A stretch of 64,000 nt of DNA, taken from Spirochaetota bacterium (GTDB taxonomy: Bacteria; Spirochaetota; UBA6919; CBDBPB01). Both the position numbers and the translations under genes were made by a program. The notes below the pieces were generated by a model that was not told where the DNA came from, did no database searches, and was given only the letters and a program-made list of their open reading frames with translations. Where the stretch lies: NCBI GenBank assembly GCA_965208615.1, contig CBDBPB010000009.1, positions 32,001 through 96,000 of the forward strand. The letters run 5' to 3'. Positions 29,918 through 40,797 of this stretch are shown here, in pieces. Position 1 is the first letter of the stretch. Every line of letters starts with the position of its first letter.

Positions 29918-31144
29918 ATGAAAATGCTTAATTTGACCAAAATTACAAAAATAACCATAGGATTAATTATCATACTAATAGGTGTTAGTTCTGCTATATA
30001 TTACTACTCCGGAAACATGAGTAAAATAACAAGGTATTTTAAAAAAAGTAATACTAATAATAATACTACAAAAGAACATAATGCTAAATATATTAAAATA
30101 GCTGATAGTAATTTCTATACCTCTGCACAAAATAATAACAGCAGGTATTCCGATCTCGATGAAGAAATAAATATTAAAGTCTATAAAAAAGTTAGTCCCG
30201 GAGTAGTAAATATTATTACCAAAGTGTTTAGCTATAATTTTATATTTGAACCCATAATTAGAGAGGGAGCTGGCTCAGGATCCGTTATCAATAAAAAAGG
30301 ACATATATTAACTAATTATCACGTTATAAGGTCTGCCAGTAGGCTAGAGGTAACTTTAAGTAATAATAAAAAATATCCTGCAAAGGTTGTTGGAGTGGAT
30401 ATAGAAGATGATTTAGCAATAATAAAAATTAAGGCTCCCCCTAATGAACTCCATCCAATTAAGATAGCTGACTCAAATAAGCTCAGAGTAGGACAAAAAG
30501 TTTTAGCTATAGGCAATCCATTTGGCCTAGAGAGAACCTTAACTACTGGTATTATTAGTTCCTTGGGTAGAACTATTAAAGGAGCATCAGGTGAGCTCAT
30601 AGAAGGAGTTATACAAACTGATGCGGCTATTAATCCCGGTAACTCTGGTGGGCCTCTTCTTAACAGCGATGGTAACCTCATTGGAGTAAATACATCTATT
30701 TTTAGTCCTTCTGGTGGTGGTAATATAGGAATTGGTTTTGCTGTCCCTAGTAATACTGTTAGATTTGTTATTAATGACCTAGTCAACTATGGTAGAGTAA
30801 GACGCTCAACCATGGGAATATCTGGATTTCCTCTTTCTAAAATACAGGGATTAGCTAAATACTTAAAACTACCCGTTAAAAATGGTATTGTCGTTGTAGA
30901 AGCTACAAAAAATCTACCAGCTAATAAAGCCGGTATTAGGGGCTATAACAAAATATTAAGAGTTGGCAATTTAGAGATACCTGTTGGCGGCGATATTATT
31001 ATTAAAATCAACAACAGAAATATTAAAAATGGAAAAGATGTCTCTCTAGCATTTAGAAAAAAACGACCCGGTAATATTGTAACCGTTACCATTGTTAGGA
31101 ATAACAAAATTAAAAAAATTAAAGTTAGACTAGTCAGTCAATAA
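29918..31144 (+). CDS. htrA: HtrA/DegP family serine protease with one PDZ domain
   Basis: LTNYHV, DDLAII, QTDAAINPGNSGGPL. Confidence 0.94.
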   Translation: MKMLNLTKITKITIGLIIILIGVSSAIYYYSGNMSKITRYFKKSNTNNNTTKEHNAKYIKIADSNFYTSAQNNNSRYSDLDEEINIKVYKKVSPGVVNIITKVFSYNFIFEPIIREGAGSGSVINKKGHILTNYHVIRSASRLEVTLSNNKKYPAKVVGVDIEDDLAIIKIKAPPNELHPIKIADSNKLRVGQKVLAIGNPFGLERTLTTGIISSLGRTIKGASGELIEGVIQTDAAINPGNSGGPLLNSDGNLIGVNTSIFSPSGGGNIGIGFAVPSNTVRFVINDLVNYGRVRRSTMGISGFPLSKIQGLAKYLKLPVKNGIVVVEATKNLPANKAGIRGYNKILRVGNLEIPVGGDIIIKINNRNIKNGKDVSLAFRKKRPGNIVTVTIVRNNKIKKIKVRLVSQ

Positions 31145-31173
31145 ATATATCAGCAAAAAAATGGCGAATAAAT

Positions 31174-31608
31174 ATGAACTACTATAACAAAAAAATAATC
31201 TTATATACATCAGCACTATTAATATTGATCAGTTGTCAAACGGTTAATAACAAAGAGGATGTACACAAAAAAAATAAAAAAGTAGAACATAAAAAAGTAG
31301 AACATACAAAAATTAATGAATCCAAAAGAAATAAAACTGCTAAAATAAGTATTGAACAGTTTTATCAGTTTATAAAACTCTATATTCAAAGCTATAAAAA
31401 AAATGATATTGATAGTGCTATAAAGCTAATTCATAAGTATAATATAAATTCTAATATGCATAAAATAATTGGAAAAGAAATAATTCAAAACCCAAAAAAA
31501 GCAACACAATATAAAGAAAAAATTACTAATCTAATGAAAGAAATCGATGAAAGTAAGTTCCAATCCTTTAACAAACAAGTAAATAAAAAAAGCCATGAAA
31601 TAAAATAA
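31174..31608 (+). CDS. Hypothetical lipoprotein
   Basis: Lipobox LISC; KKVEH tandem repeat. Confidence 0.62.
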   Translation: MNYYNKKIILYTSALLILISCQTVNNKEDVHKKNKKVEHKKVEHTKINESKRNKTAKISIEQFYQFIKLYIQSYKKNDIDSAIKLIHKYNINSNMHKIIGKEIIQNPKKATQYKEKITNLMKEIDESKFQSFNKQVNKKSHEIK

Positions 31609-32001
31609 CTAATAATAATCCTTTTTAAAATGTCCATATTCCTCTATTAGGCTTTCCAATGCACTATTAATATCCCTTCCCCTAACCAAGCTATCAATTT
31701 TATCATATCTATCTAGCTTTTTTAAGTTTTCCAAACAATAACTCCGAACACTAAGCCTTGGATGCTTTTGTGATGCCAAATATAACGGTGGGATAGCTAA
31801 TTCCTTACCCTCTAATAACAAATGATCAACTGCCTCTTTAACCGCAATCTCATCCTTAAATAAAAGACACTTTACAACTGCTTCATAACTTTTTTGATTC
31901 CAGTCATCCTTAGTAGAAGTAAGTCCGGCAATAATTGTATTAAGAAGTTCTTTTAATAATTTAGCAAAATCTTCTATCATAATCTCCTCATTATAATACA
32001 T
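31609..32001 (-). CDS. Hypothetical protein, HEAT-like helices (start may be ATG 31980)
   Basis: AIPPLY..VRSYCLENL helical pattern; follows thiL. Confidence 0.62.
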   Translation of the reverse strand: MYYNEEIMIEDFAKLLKELLNTIIAGLTSTKDDWNQKSYEAVVKCLLFKDEIAVKEAVDHLLLEGKELAIPPLYLASQKHPRLSVRSYCLENLKKLDRYDKIDSLVRGRDINSALESLIEEYGHFKKDYY

Positions 32002-32031
32002 TATAATACATTGGGATTTATAAATAAAATC

Positions 32032-33009
32032 TCATACCTTAAAATGATCAAAGCCTCTTGGGATTAAAAGTTGTTCAGCTCCATCTTTTATTAAAATGTT
32101 TTTATTATATGAAGTAATCCTACCTATACAGGATAACCTTGTTCCAAGCTCATTATAAAAAGAATTAGCATCAATTCTATCAGGTGACGTAAATAATAAC
32201 TCATAATCTTCTCCACCATCTAAAACATAATAACTAAGATCTTTTTCTGATATAAGATTTATAAGTTCTTTCGACTTTGGAATATCATCCCAGTATACCT
32301 TAGCTCCAACACCGCTTTCGCTGGTTATATGGCATAAATCATTAGATAAACCATCACTAATATCAATAGCACTATTTATAACGTAATTATCCACTAGATA
32401 AGAAATCTCTATAAGCCTGGGAACAGGATTTAAATGCTTATAAACCAAGCTATTTTCTTCAGGTAGAAAATCAGAACATTTCTTTTTTAATAGAGATAAT
32501 CCTCCACTAGAGTCTCCCAGTGTACCAGTAACATAAATAAAATCATGTAGCTTAGCACCACTCCTATATATAACCCTATTACTGTTAGCAATACCAATGG
32601 CAGTAATAGATATAAACAGCTGATTATTAGAGCCTGTAGTATCGCCTCCAAGGAGTAATACATTATATTCATCCAATGCAGTCCTTATCCCATAAAAAAA
32701 CTGACTAATATTATCATCGCATATCCTTTTTGGAATAGCAATGGATATAAATAAATATTTTGTTCTTCCTCCCATAGCGGCAATATCACTAAGATTAACC
32801 GCAACAACCTTTTTACCAAGGTATGACCAATTAATATCTCCCAGTTTAAAGTGTATACCCTCTACAAGAGCATCAGTAGTAATAAGGTAGGATAGTTTAT
32901 CAGAAAATGGAATAACAGCACAGTCATCCCCAATACCAGTTTCAATTAAGTTTTTATAAGTAAACTGTGTTTTAATCCTTTTGATTAGCTGAAACTCACT
33001 TAGGTCCAT
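32032..33009 (-). CDS. thiL: Thiamine-phosphate kinase
   Basis: GIGDDCAV, VNLSDIAAMGG, GGDT, DISDGL, GGEDYELLFT. Confidence 0.96.
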   Translation of the reverse strand: MDLSEFQLIKRIKTQFTYKNLIETGIGDDCAVIPFSDKLSYLITTDALVEGIHFKLGDINWSYLGKKVVAVNLSDIAAMGGRTKYLFISIAIPKRICDDNISQFFYGIRTALDEYNVLLLGGDTTGSNNQLFISITAIGIANSNRVIYRSGAKLHDFIYVTGTLGDSSGGLSLLKKKCSDFLPEENSLVYKHLNPVPRLIEISYLVDNYVINSAIDISDGLSNDLCHITSESGVGAKVYWDDIPKSKELINLISEKDLSYYVLDGGEDYELLFTSPDRIDANSFYNELGTRLSCIGRITSYNKNILIKDGAEQLLIPRGFDHFKV

Positions 33010-33125
33010 AAATAATAGTATTATAAAAAGTATTCTAAAATATTAACTCTTAAAATAAACTAATATTAATTTATATAAAAAGTTAAAATGACTTATCCTT
33101 TTGTTATTGTCCATAAGCTATATAC

Positions 33126-34136
33126 TTAAGAGTCTATAGCCCCCTGACAAGAAGAACCACTCCCGGCTGTACAACCATAACAATGATTATAAATTACAAT
33201 TTCTCTATTTTTAAGCTTATTTATATCAAAGTTATATACAGTATTAGAATATACTTTATCAATAGGCAGATGGAGCATTTGATTAAAATCGCAATCATAT
33301 AACTGCCCATCCCATCCAACAGATACCGTTGAACGACACATAACATTATCCACTGCAACAGGATTAAAAGCCTCTACCAATAACTGTAAATAATCTTTAT
33401 AATTATCCGTTTTTAGTAAGTAATCAAGATAACGTCCTATAGGCATATTATTTAAACAAAATAAACTATTAAAATTAATGCCATATTCATTAAAAAGCCT
33501 AAGCTTATACTCCTTTTCCAAAGTGATTTGTGATACAGGTAAATAAGCTCCAACCACATTATGTACTAAATTAAGCTTTAAACCACCATTACCCTTACCA
33601 TAACCCCTTTCATTAAGATGTCTAAGAATATCTATGCTATTCTTAAATGCATCTTTACCCCTCATCCTATCAGTTCTTTCTGATCTAAAGTCAGGCAAAG
33701 AACAAACAAGCTCTACATTATTGTTAGCAAAAATATCAATAAACCTTGTATAAGGCTCCTCAGCTAATATAACAAGATTAGACCTTACAATAACCCTAGT
33801 ATTAAGGTTAGCTAACTTATTAATAAACCCTTCTAAATAGGGATTCATCTCAGGAGCACCACCAGTAATATCTACAGTTGGTATATCTAAAGCTTTAACT
33901 ATCTTAAAGCATTGCTCAAAGACATCTTCAGATAGTATTTCTTTACGATTTGGCCCTGCTTCTACATGACAATGCTTACAACTTAAATTACAAAGTCTAC
34001 CAACATTAATTTGTAATGTATCTATTCCTTGTGCTACAAGAGGTAAAGATGAAATTTGGTCTAACTTATACTTGAAATTAGGTATACAATCAGCTTTTTC
34101 AAGGATATCTAGTTGCTCACTTGGAGTTAATTTCAT
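33126..34136 (-). CDS. arsS: ArsS-type radical SAM protein (DUF3641 C-terminus)
   Basis: LQINVGRLCNLSCKHCHVEAGP, LYDCDFNQML, HCYGCTAGSGSSCQG. Confidence 0.87.
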   Translation of the reverse strand: MKLTPSEQLDILEKADCIPNFKYKLDQISSLPLVAQGIDTLQINVGRLCNLSCKHCHVEAGPNRKEILSEDVFEQCFKIVKALDIPTVDITGGAPEMNPYLEGFINKLANLNTRVIVRSNLVILAEEPYTRFIDIFANNNVELVCSLPDFRSERTDRMRGKDAFKNSIDILRHLNERGYGKGNGGLKLNLVHNVVGAYLPVSQITLEKEYKLRLFNEYGINFNSLFCLNNMPIGRYLDYLLKTDNYKDYLQLLVEAFNPVAVDNVMCRSTVSVGWDGQLYDCDFNQMLHLPIDKVYSNTVYNFDINKLKNREIVIYNHCYGCTAGSGSSCQGAIDS

Positions 34137-34137
34137 T

Positions 34138-34473
34138 TTACATTTCCTTAGCTTTAATAATTTTTCTCATTAAGGTCGAATGCGCCAAAGTAATGCCAGC
34201 CATCATAGAAGCACCAACATGAACAGCCTCCATCATTTCATCTTTAGAAATATTCAAAGATAAACATTTATTGGTATAGGCATCAATACAAAATGGACAC
34301 TTCTCAGTTATAGCTACCACTAAAGCTATTAATGCTTTTTCTCTTTCGGATAACTTACCCTCAGCAGTTGAACTTCCATAATACTCAAAAAACTTATCTC
34401 CTAGTTCCTTAGAATACTCATTTATATTAGGAAAGTCTTTTAAATCTCCAAACTCAAAATATGGCTTAGACAT
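34138..34473 (-). CDS. AhpD/carboxymuconolactone decarboxylase-like protein associated with arsS
   Basis: LSEREKALIAL..CPFCIDAY..EMMEAVHV. Confidence 0.85.
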   Translation of the reverse strand: MSKPYFEFGDLKDFPNINEYSKELGDKFFEYYGSSTAEGKLSEREKALIALVVAITEKCPFCIDAYTNKCLSLNISKDEMMEAVHVGASMMAGITLAHSTLMRKIIKAKEM

Positions 34474-34685
34474 AGCTCCTCCATAATGTTATAAACTAAA
34501 TAAAAATGTTGAACTTTAAATATACTATTTTGTTAGAAAAAGTTATAACATTTTTTTTTATAAAAACCATCTAATAAATTCAAAGTTACATTAATATTTA
34601 TTATAGTATAATATAATAATAGCTTAGAGTATTTAATTAATAACAGATTTTGTCTTATAAGACTTTTTATTAAAATGTTTATTAT

Positions 34686-35123
34686 TTATCTAGATGGATC
34701 CTGAACTTTCCAAACATATAAATGCGGATAAACATATACCCAAAATCCCGGTGGAATATCTCTATGCCTATAATATTTATTCTGCTTAGGAAGATATCCA
34801 TAACTTATAAAGCCATCCCTTATATAGCCTAGCTGATTAATGGTTTCACCTTTTAACTGAGGTATATAAAGTCTACATAATATATGGGAAAAGCGTTTTC
34901 TTGCAGTTATTCTACGGTTTAACTGTATTAACTTATCTAAAAGTATACTTTGCTTTTTACTAAGCCTTGTATTTCTATTTAGCTTTTGTAGGTATTTTAT
35001 TTTCTTAGTTACTCTATTATTATACCAATATTTAGCTTTACTCCCGCAAAGACTACCTTTTGCCCATATAAAGTTTGCTGTTATAGTCAAAAATAGCATA
35101 GTTAAAATTAGCTTTTTCAACAT
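34686..35123 (-). CDS. Secreted hypothetical protein
   Basis: Signal peptide; SD AGGAGG. Confidence 0.68.
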   Translation of the reverse strand: MLKKLILTMLFLTITANFIWAKGSLCGSKAKYWYNNRVTKKIKYLQKLNRNTRLSKKQSILLDKLIQLNRRITARKRFSHILCRLYIPQLKGETINQLGYIRDGFISYGYLPKQNKYYRHRDIPPGFWVYVYPHLYVWKVQDPSR

Positions 35124-35432
35124 ATTGTTTTCCTCCTAATAATATGACCATCAACTGTTAAACTAGTATAAATATACATAAAAAGTAATTTATAATCACC
35201 CATTTATTATCCACGAGTGTTTAATATAATAAGAGATTAATAAGAAATATCATTGAAATACATAAGTTAATCATATAAACATTTATTGACAAATATAAAC
35301 CTGTGTAAGATGTTAGTCATTTTAAAAAAAATATCTTGTTTAAATACCCCTCTAACAAAGTCAAAAAAAATCAATCTAAAAAGAATAGGTGGTTTTTACT
35401 TCTCAAGTCAAACCTTTCTTCAGTTCATGTGA

Positions 35433-36557
35433 ATGGAGAGTAAAAAGTTGTTAAAAGTTTTTAAAGTTCAAATTATTATAATTTTCCTTTTGTTTAGCTG
35501 TAACAGTCTTTTTTCCAATAAAGAAATATCAGTATTATATAAAAATCCCCTATATGACTCGCTACAGCTTACTCATATTCAATATTCTACAGTAAATATA
35601 TTTGCTTTAGCTAATGAATCATTATTTAGAATTCTTGGAAGCAATAACTATATAGGAGTTAGGCTAGTAGAGATGTTAATATTTTACTATGCAACTGCTT
35701 TTAGCTCTGCCCTAAGTCATGAGTTCTCCCACTATCGTGTTGCTGACTACTATGGGCTAAAGCCAAAAATATACCTTGAGGCATTTGGAGGATTAGTAAC
35801 TTATTTTAATCCATATGATAAAAGAAAAACTTTATTAATAATAGGTGGAGGACTAACTCAACAAGAGATTAATGCAGAATTCATCTATGAAAAAATAGTG
35901 ACCTCTGGTAATATACATTATCACACTGGAATTAATTTTATGATGAATCACCTCTGTACTCTTAGTTATTCTCTACTCACACAGTTGGGGTATGATAAAG
36001 GGGATATTAATAGATATAATGAGGTATCCAAAAAGCTTGGATATAACGTTAGCACAGAAAAAATATTTTTATTATCTGCACTAACTGTCTTTACATCAGT
36101 AGTTTTCTGGCAAAATATTATTTTAACCTATGATTTAATAGCTAATAATAAGCGTAGAACAAAATTAATAACATTTTATAATTTTATTGCTCCTCCTATA
36201 TTATACTACTATTTAACTGACTATGGAGACTTTCTTCGTATTTCAATTCCTTTCATAAACCCTATTCCAATATTCTTTTCTGTTGGTTTTGGCTTAGTCG
36301 AAAATATATTCAGAATCGGTATTAGGGTATATGCCTTAAATACAGATAGGATAGTGTTAATCCCTTTTGGATATTTTAGCAATATACCCAATATGAAGTA
36401 TGGTGGAGTGTTTGGAGTAGATGTTATTTTAAGGGTTTTTAGCAAAGAACTAAATTTATTGTTTAATATAAAATATAGTAATAATGATATAATCGAACGA
36501 TTACGAATAAACTCGGGTCTACATATTAGTTTTGGCCTTAGTATTGTTTTGGACTAA
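35433..36557 (+). CDS. Hydrophobic protein with HExxH motif and beta-rich C-terminus
   Basis: LSHEFSH, IIGGG; alternating C-terminal strands. Confidence 0.62.
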   Translation: MESKKLLKVFKVQIIIIFLLFSCNSLFSNKEISVLYKNPLYDSLQLTHIQYSTVNIFALANESLFRILGSNNYIGVRLVEMLIFYYATAFSSALSHEFSHYRVADYYGLKPKIYLEAFGGLVTYFNPYDKRKTLLIIGGGLTQQEINAEFIYEKIVTSGNIHYHTGINFMMNHLCTLSYSLLTQLGYDKGDINRYNEVSKKLGYNVSTEKIFLLSALTVFTSVVFWQNIILTYDLIANNKRRTKLITFYNFIAPPILYYYLTDYGDFLRISIPFINPIPIFFSVGFGLVENIFRIGIRVYALNTDRIVLIPFGYFSNIPNMKYGGVFGVDVILRVFSKELNLLFNIKYSNNDIIERLRINSGLHISFGLSIVLD

Positions 36558-36697
36558 CTAATAGTTATCCACTTGTTAGAAAGAATGCAACAAAATAGAA
36601 AAATAACTTAAAATAAGCTACTATGACAATTCATAAGAAAATTGTTTTAAAAAAATACTTGACAAAATAAAATCGTTAATTATATTTCTTTTTACAT

Positions 36698-36770
36698 TCC
36701 TCTGTAGCTCAGTTGGTAGAGCAGCTGGCTGTTAACCAGTAGGTCACAAGTTCGAGTCTTGTCGGGGGAG
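36698..36770 (+). tRNA. tRNA-Asn (GTT), CCA not encoded
   Basis: Cloverleaf: acceptor TCCTCTG/CGGGGGA, D arm GCTC/GAGC, anticodon loop CT-GTT-AA, TTCGAGT loop; TTGACA at 36659. Confidence 0.97.
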
Positions 36771-36771
36771 C

Positions 36772-36808
36772 ATAATAATCCTTATGGTCATGCCATAGGG
36801 ATTATTAT
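36772..36808 (+). terminator. Hairpin terminator after tRNA-Asn
   Basis: ATAATAATCCTTATGG-TCATG-CCATAGGGATTATTAT followed by T-run. Confidence 0.78.
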
Positions 36809-36921
36809 TTTATCCTATCATTAATCCATGGCTTATTTAATTAATACAAATAGATAAAAAAATACTAAATACTTTAGATATCCTTTAAACTTGTTACTCA
36901 AATTAATATATTGGCTATATT

Positions 36922-38264
36922 ATGAATTATTTTAACTTAATATGCATAATAGCTTTATTATCCAGTGTTATGAGCTTTTGCAATAATAATAATCGCCTTG
37001 ATATTAAATATACTAACCCCTATTATGCTGTTAATCTAGTGGATCAAACTCCCGTATATGTAAAACCTGATGACTCTATCTACCCTATATATTATATAGA
37101 AAATAATAGAATTGTTAAAATGACTGCTTCTATTAGTATGAAAAATAGTAAGGAAATATGGTACTACATTAAAGAACCAGACTTTAAAGGCTATGCCAAA
37201 ATGAATAACTTTAAGCTCTTTGATGATCAAAAAAAAGCTGGACTCTTTATGCTAGATAAACACCCTTCAAAAAAAGGAATACCAGAACTGTCCATCTACC
37301 TGCAGGGAAAAAGTGCATATGAAAAAGGTGACTATGAAAACTCTATAAATAAACTTCTGCAACTAATTACCCTTAGAAAACCTTTAAAGCAAAGTTATCC
37401 AATTATTTACTACTCAACAAGTATATTAATAGCAAAAATATACATTAAAATGAAAGAGTACCAAAGAGCAATAAGCCATCTAAAAGAGTTGTTATCCCAA
37501 ACACCTAAAGAAATTACTTTGCCGGGTAGCTATTTTAATCCCAATAAAATATCCTTTAATATAAAAGAAATTAATAAGTACCGTTAAAAAAAGTAATTTT
37601 AAAAACCGTATAGTCCCCCCTAAAATGGGAGGTATACTATTACCTTGGTCTAGCTAATGAACTTCTAGGTAAAAAACATAGGGCCAAAACATTTTATCTT
37701 GATATTTTGCTGGATAAAAATATAAAAAAAACTAAAATTACTTATATTAACTATTCAATAGATCGTATAGCCTTACTCGAAGATAAAATAACTAAAATTA
37801 ATGCCCTGGAAAAACTGAAAATAAAACTTGATTGGAATAACCATGCCAGATATATCCTGTTTAAGATTGCTAATACCCTTAACAACAATAGAAAAGCCAA
37901 ATATAATATTAAATTAGCCTTAACTTACTATAAAGAGTTTATTGGTCTATTTGAAACTAAATTTAGATCAGAAAGATATCCAGGAGAGACCAAACACTAT
38001 TTAACGGCTAAAGAACAAGTTAAACTTTTATCTAAAACTCTTAGTTTAAAGCAAATAGAAAAAAATACTAATATTTTAAAAACTAATAATAAACCTAAAA
38101 AACCAATAAACATAAATCCGTATAAAAAACCTCTTAATAAACCTTATTTTGCTAAAAAAAATAAAACTAAAAAAACTAACTCTAAAAGAAAACAAACTAC
38201 TAAACAAAAAGATGTAGAAATAGTCGTAGAGGTTATTGGTAAAGAATCTAACAAGAAAAAGTAA
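36922..38264 (+). pseudogene. Split SH3/TPR exported protein (ORFs 36922-37587 and 37707-38264), frameshifted or assembly error
   Basis: TPR motif LKWEVYYYLGLANELLG is in frame upstream of the second ORF's TTG; joining needs two +1 shifts near 37563-37570 and the C6 at 37615-37620. Confidence 0.58.
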
Positions 38265-38344
38265 AAGGTTTATTCCATAACCTAAAAAATAGCTCTATAA
38301 ACCACTATATTAACTAAGCAATTATAATATATTGGGTGTAAAAT

Positions 38345-38977
38345 ATGAAATATATTATATTAATAATAATTATATTAACCAGCTACTCCGCCTACTCTAT
38401 TAAATATCCTAACTTGCCCAAACTACCAAAACCACCAACTATAAATGAAAACATCAAAAAAAAGGTACGTAATAATAAAAAGAATAATGAAAAAATAGCT
38501 TATTTTTACTACACAATAAAAGTAGTTTTAGAAAAAGGAAGTATCACAGAAGGAAGTATAAAACTTAAAAAAAACTATATCGCAACTAATACAAAAAAAG
38601 GAGACTTTAATTATACTAAAAATATACCCATTGAAGAAATTAACGAAATAGAAATACTAGAGTGGAAAGCATTCCCAATAAAACTAAAATTAAAAACTGA
38701 TGGTATGGCTTATATATTTTATCCTAATAAAGTGAAGATCACAAAAATAAACGGTAAACAAGCTGTCTATTCAGCCAAAATTAATGAACTCCATAAGTTC
38801 AAATTAACTAATGCATTTGGTAAAACAACTATACACTCCTTCTTTTATGACTATTGGATATCCAATAAAAAAACTCAATATTGGCATAATAGCAAATCAA
38901 AAGATTTTAACTATAATAAAAAGCATCCTCATCCCCTTGTGGTTAGGAAGATAAGCTTTAAAAAAAGAAAAAGTTAA
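38345..38977 (+). CDS. Secreted hypothetical protein
   Basis: Signal peptide ending SAYS; 210 aa. Confidence 0.7.
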   Translation: MKYIILIIIILTSYSAYSIKYPNLPKLPKPPTINENIKKKVRNNKKNNEKIAYFYYTIKVVLEKGSITEGSIKLKKNYIATNTKKGDFNYTKNIPIEEINEIEILEWKAFPIKLKLKTDGMAYIFYPNKVKITKINGKQAVYSAKINELHKFKLTNAFGKTTIHSFFYDYWISNKKTQYWHNSKSKDFNYNKKHPHPLVVRKISFKKRKS

Positions 38978-39510
38978 TTATGCCCAGTAATTTTGTTAAT
39001 CTCATCCCTTAGTTTTGCGGCATCTTCGTATCGCTCTTCAACTACCGCTAATTTAAGCTGATCTTGTAAAAGTTCAAGTTCAGTTTTTTCTGGTTGTTTT
39101 TTAATATCTTCATCACTCTTAACCTTAACAGCTCCAACCTCCATAACTTTCTCTTCAACAAAAATAGGAATCTCAAACCTTAAAGCTAAAGCAATTGCAT
39201 CACTAGGACGTGAGTCCACCTGAAATTTATGTTTTTTTCCCTCTAAAAAAACCTTTGCATAAAAAGTGTTATCAATTAGATCATTAACAACTACCTTTGA
39301 TATCTTACACTCCAAAAGAGTTAATATATTTTTCAAAAGATCATGGGTTAAGGGACGAGGAGTTTTTAACTTGTTAAACTGAACAGCAATAGCCTGAGCC
39401 TCAGGGACTCCTATAAATATTGGTAATGCCATATTATCATCTACATTCTTTAAGAAAACAACAAACCCCAAATTTGATAACGATATATCTGTTATTTTCA
39501 CTGGAATCAT
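38974..39510 (-). CDS. Bifunctional nuclease (DUF151) with C-terminal UVR domain
   Basis: LPIFIG..EAQAI, RPLTHDLL, DSRPSDAIALA, ERYEDAAKLRDEI. Confidence 0.92.
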   Translation of the reverse strand: MIPVKITDISLSNLGFVVFLKNVDDNMALPIFIGVPEAQAIAVQFNKLKTPRPLTHDLLKNILTLLECKISKVVVNDLIDNTFYAKVFLEGKKHKFQVDSRPSDAIALALRFEIPIFVEEKVMEVGAVKVKSDEDIKKQPEKTELELLQDQLKLAVVEERYEDAAKLRDEINKITGHN

Positions 39511-39756
39511 TTAATAATCCTCATAAATAGAAATATGTAATATTAATTAATACTAGTTTTTTTTTATAAGGTAAATAAATTATTTATCTAAGTCAATTAT
39601 ATTTAAGATCAAAGATAGTAAACAACAATAAAGCCTAGTATAATCACCGTTCAGAACACTGTCTTATTTGTACTTTTATTTCTTTTTCTTTTAATCTATA
39701 TACTTAATGGTTAAAATATGCCAACTAATACCTGTTAATTTTCCGCTAATCACAAA

Positions 39757-40797
39757 TTAAATAAACTTCATTGACTTAAAAACCTCATCAACCGCCTTAT
39801 CAATACCGTCATCCCAGTTCTTTTCGTTATAGCAAACCTCTATGTCATACAAATAACCCTTATTTACAAAGTAATACTTTTTAATACCAAGAGGAGCTTT
39901 TTCTCTTATCCCAACCGATGAAAAAACTATTACTCGTTTACCGTTAGCTAACCTATCACCTGAAATCTTAAACTTATATTTATAGCCTATGTTCATAAGA
40001 TTTATTCTAAATAAATTGATCTCCTTTTTTATGACTAAAGAAGTATTCTTAGCACTATCAAGCTTTTTAATAATGGAAATACTTAGTACCACAGGCTCAG
40101 AAATATGACTAATAAATACAAGCTGATTATTAGACGTAGACCTATGACTCCAACTATCAGGAGGAGTAATACTAATACCAAACCTCTTATAACTTATCTT
40201 AGAAAACGACTTATTAAAGTTTAGGCTATTTATTATCCCTATTATCCTTTGCTCAAAAGCCTTACTATTATCTCCAGCTAAAATAGTAAGCTTATAAATC
40301 TTATCCCCAAAACGATATAATGCAAAATATACATTATATATCTCATCAAAACGCTTACCCTTTATACCCTTTATAACGTATGATCCCTTAGAAAACCAAA
40401 TCTCACTAGCCAAACCCTTAATAGTACTAATCCACAAAAACTTAACACCAGGCTTTTCTTTCAAATAGCTTTCAAAAACCTGCCTAAGAGGCTTTTTAGT
40501 ATTGTCTTTGTATACCAAAACCTCTCCTCTAATTGTTATATCATTATTCACAAAAGAAATTAGTACTTTTCTATCCTTAACAAAAAGATAGTTCCACTCC
40601 TCAGGAATAGTAATAGAAATATGACCTATGAATAATTTATTACCTTTATATTTATCCTTAACTACTGCAATCTCTTTAAGAGAAGGAATAATAACCTCTT
40701 CAGCCTTACATCCAATACTTAAGGCACTTATGCTAATAAGTAAAATAAGGCTAACTTTCTTTATCAAAAATGCTGTACTATTTTTTAAACTAAACAA
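39757..40797 (-). CDS. Lipoprotein with two PsbP-like domains
   Basis: Lipobox LSIGC; twice repeated ISIT(I/P)P.(E/S)W motif. Confidence 0.55.
   Translation of the reverse strand: MFSLKNSTAFLIKKVSLILLISISALSIGCKAEEVIIPSLKEIAVVKDKYKGNKLFIGHISITIPEEWNYLFVKDRKVLISFVNNDITIRGEVLVYKDNTKKPLRQVFESYLKEKPGVKFLWISTIKGLASEIWFSKGSYVIKGIKGKRFDEIYNVYFALYRFGDKIYKLTILAGDNSKAFEQRIIGIINSLNFNKSFSKISYKRFGISITPPDSWSHRSTSNNQLVFISHISEPVVLSISIIKKLDSAKNTSLVIKKEINLFRINLMNIGYKYKFKISGDRLANGKRVIVFSSVGIREKAPLGIKKYYFVNKGYLYDIEVCYNEKNWDDGIDKAVDEVFKSMKFI

Noticed and set aside
33126-33200. Possible selenocysteine in ArsS and in the C-GCAxxG-C-C protein
   Set aside because: Both encode Cys at the relevant positions, and the TGA-ending genes in the window end at expected lengths.
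36698-38977. Genomic island at tRNA-Asn
   Set aside because: No integrase and no duplicated tRNA 3' end seen in the window.
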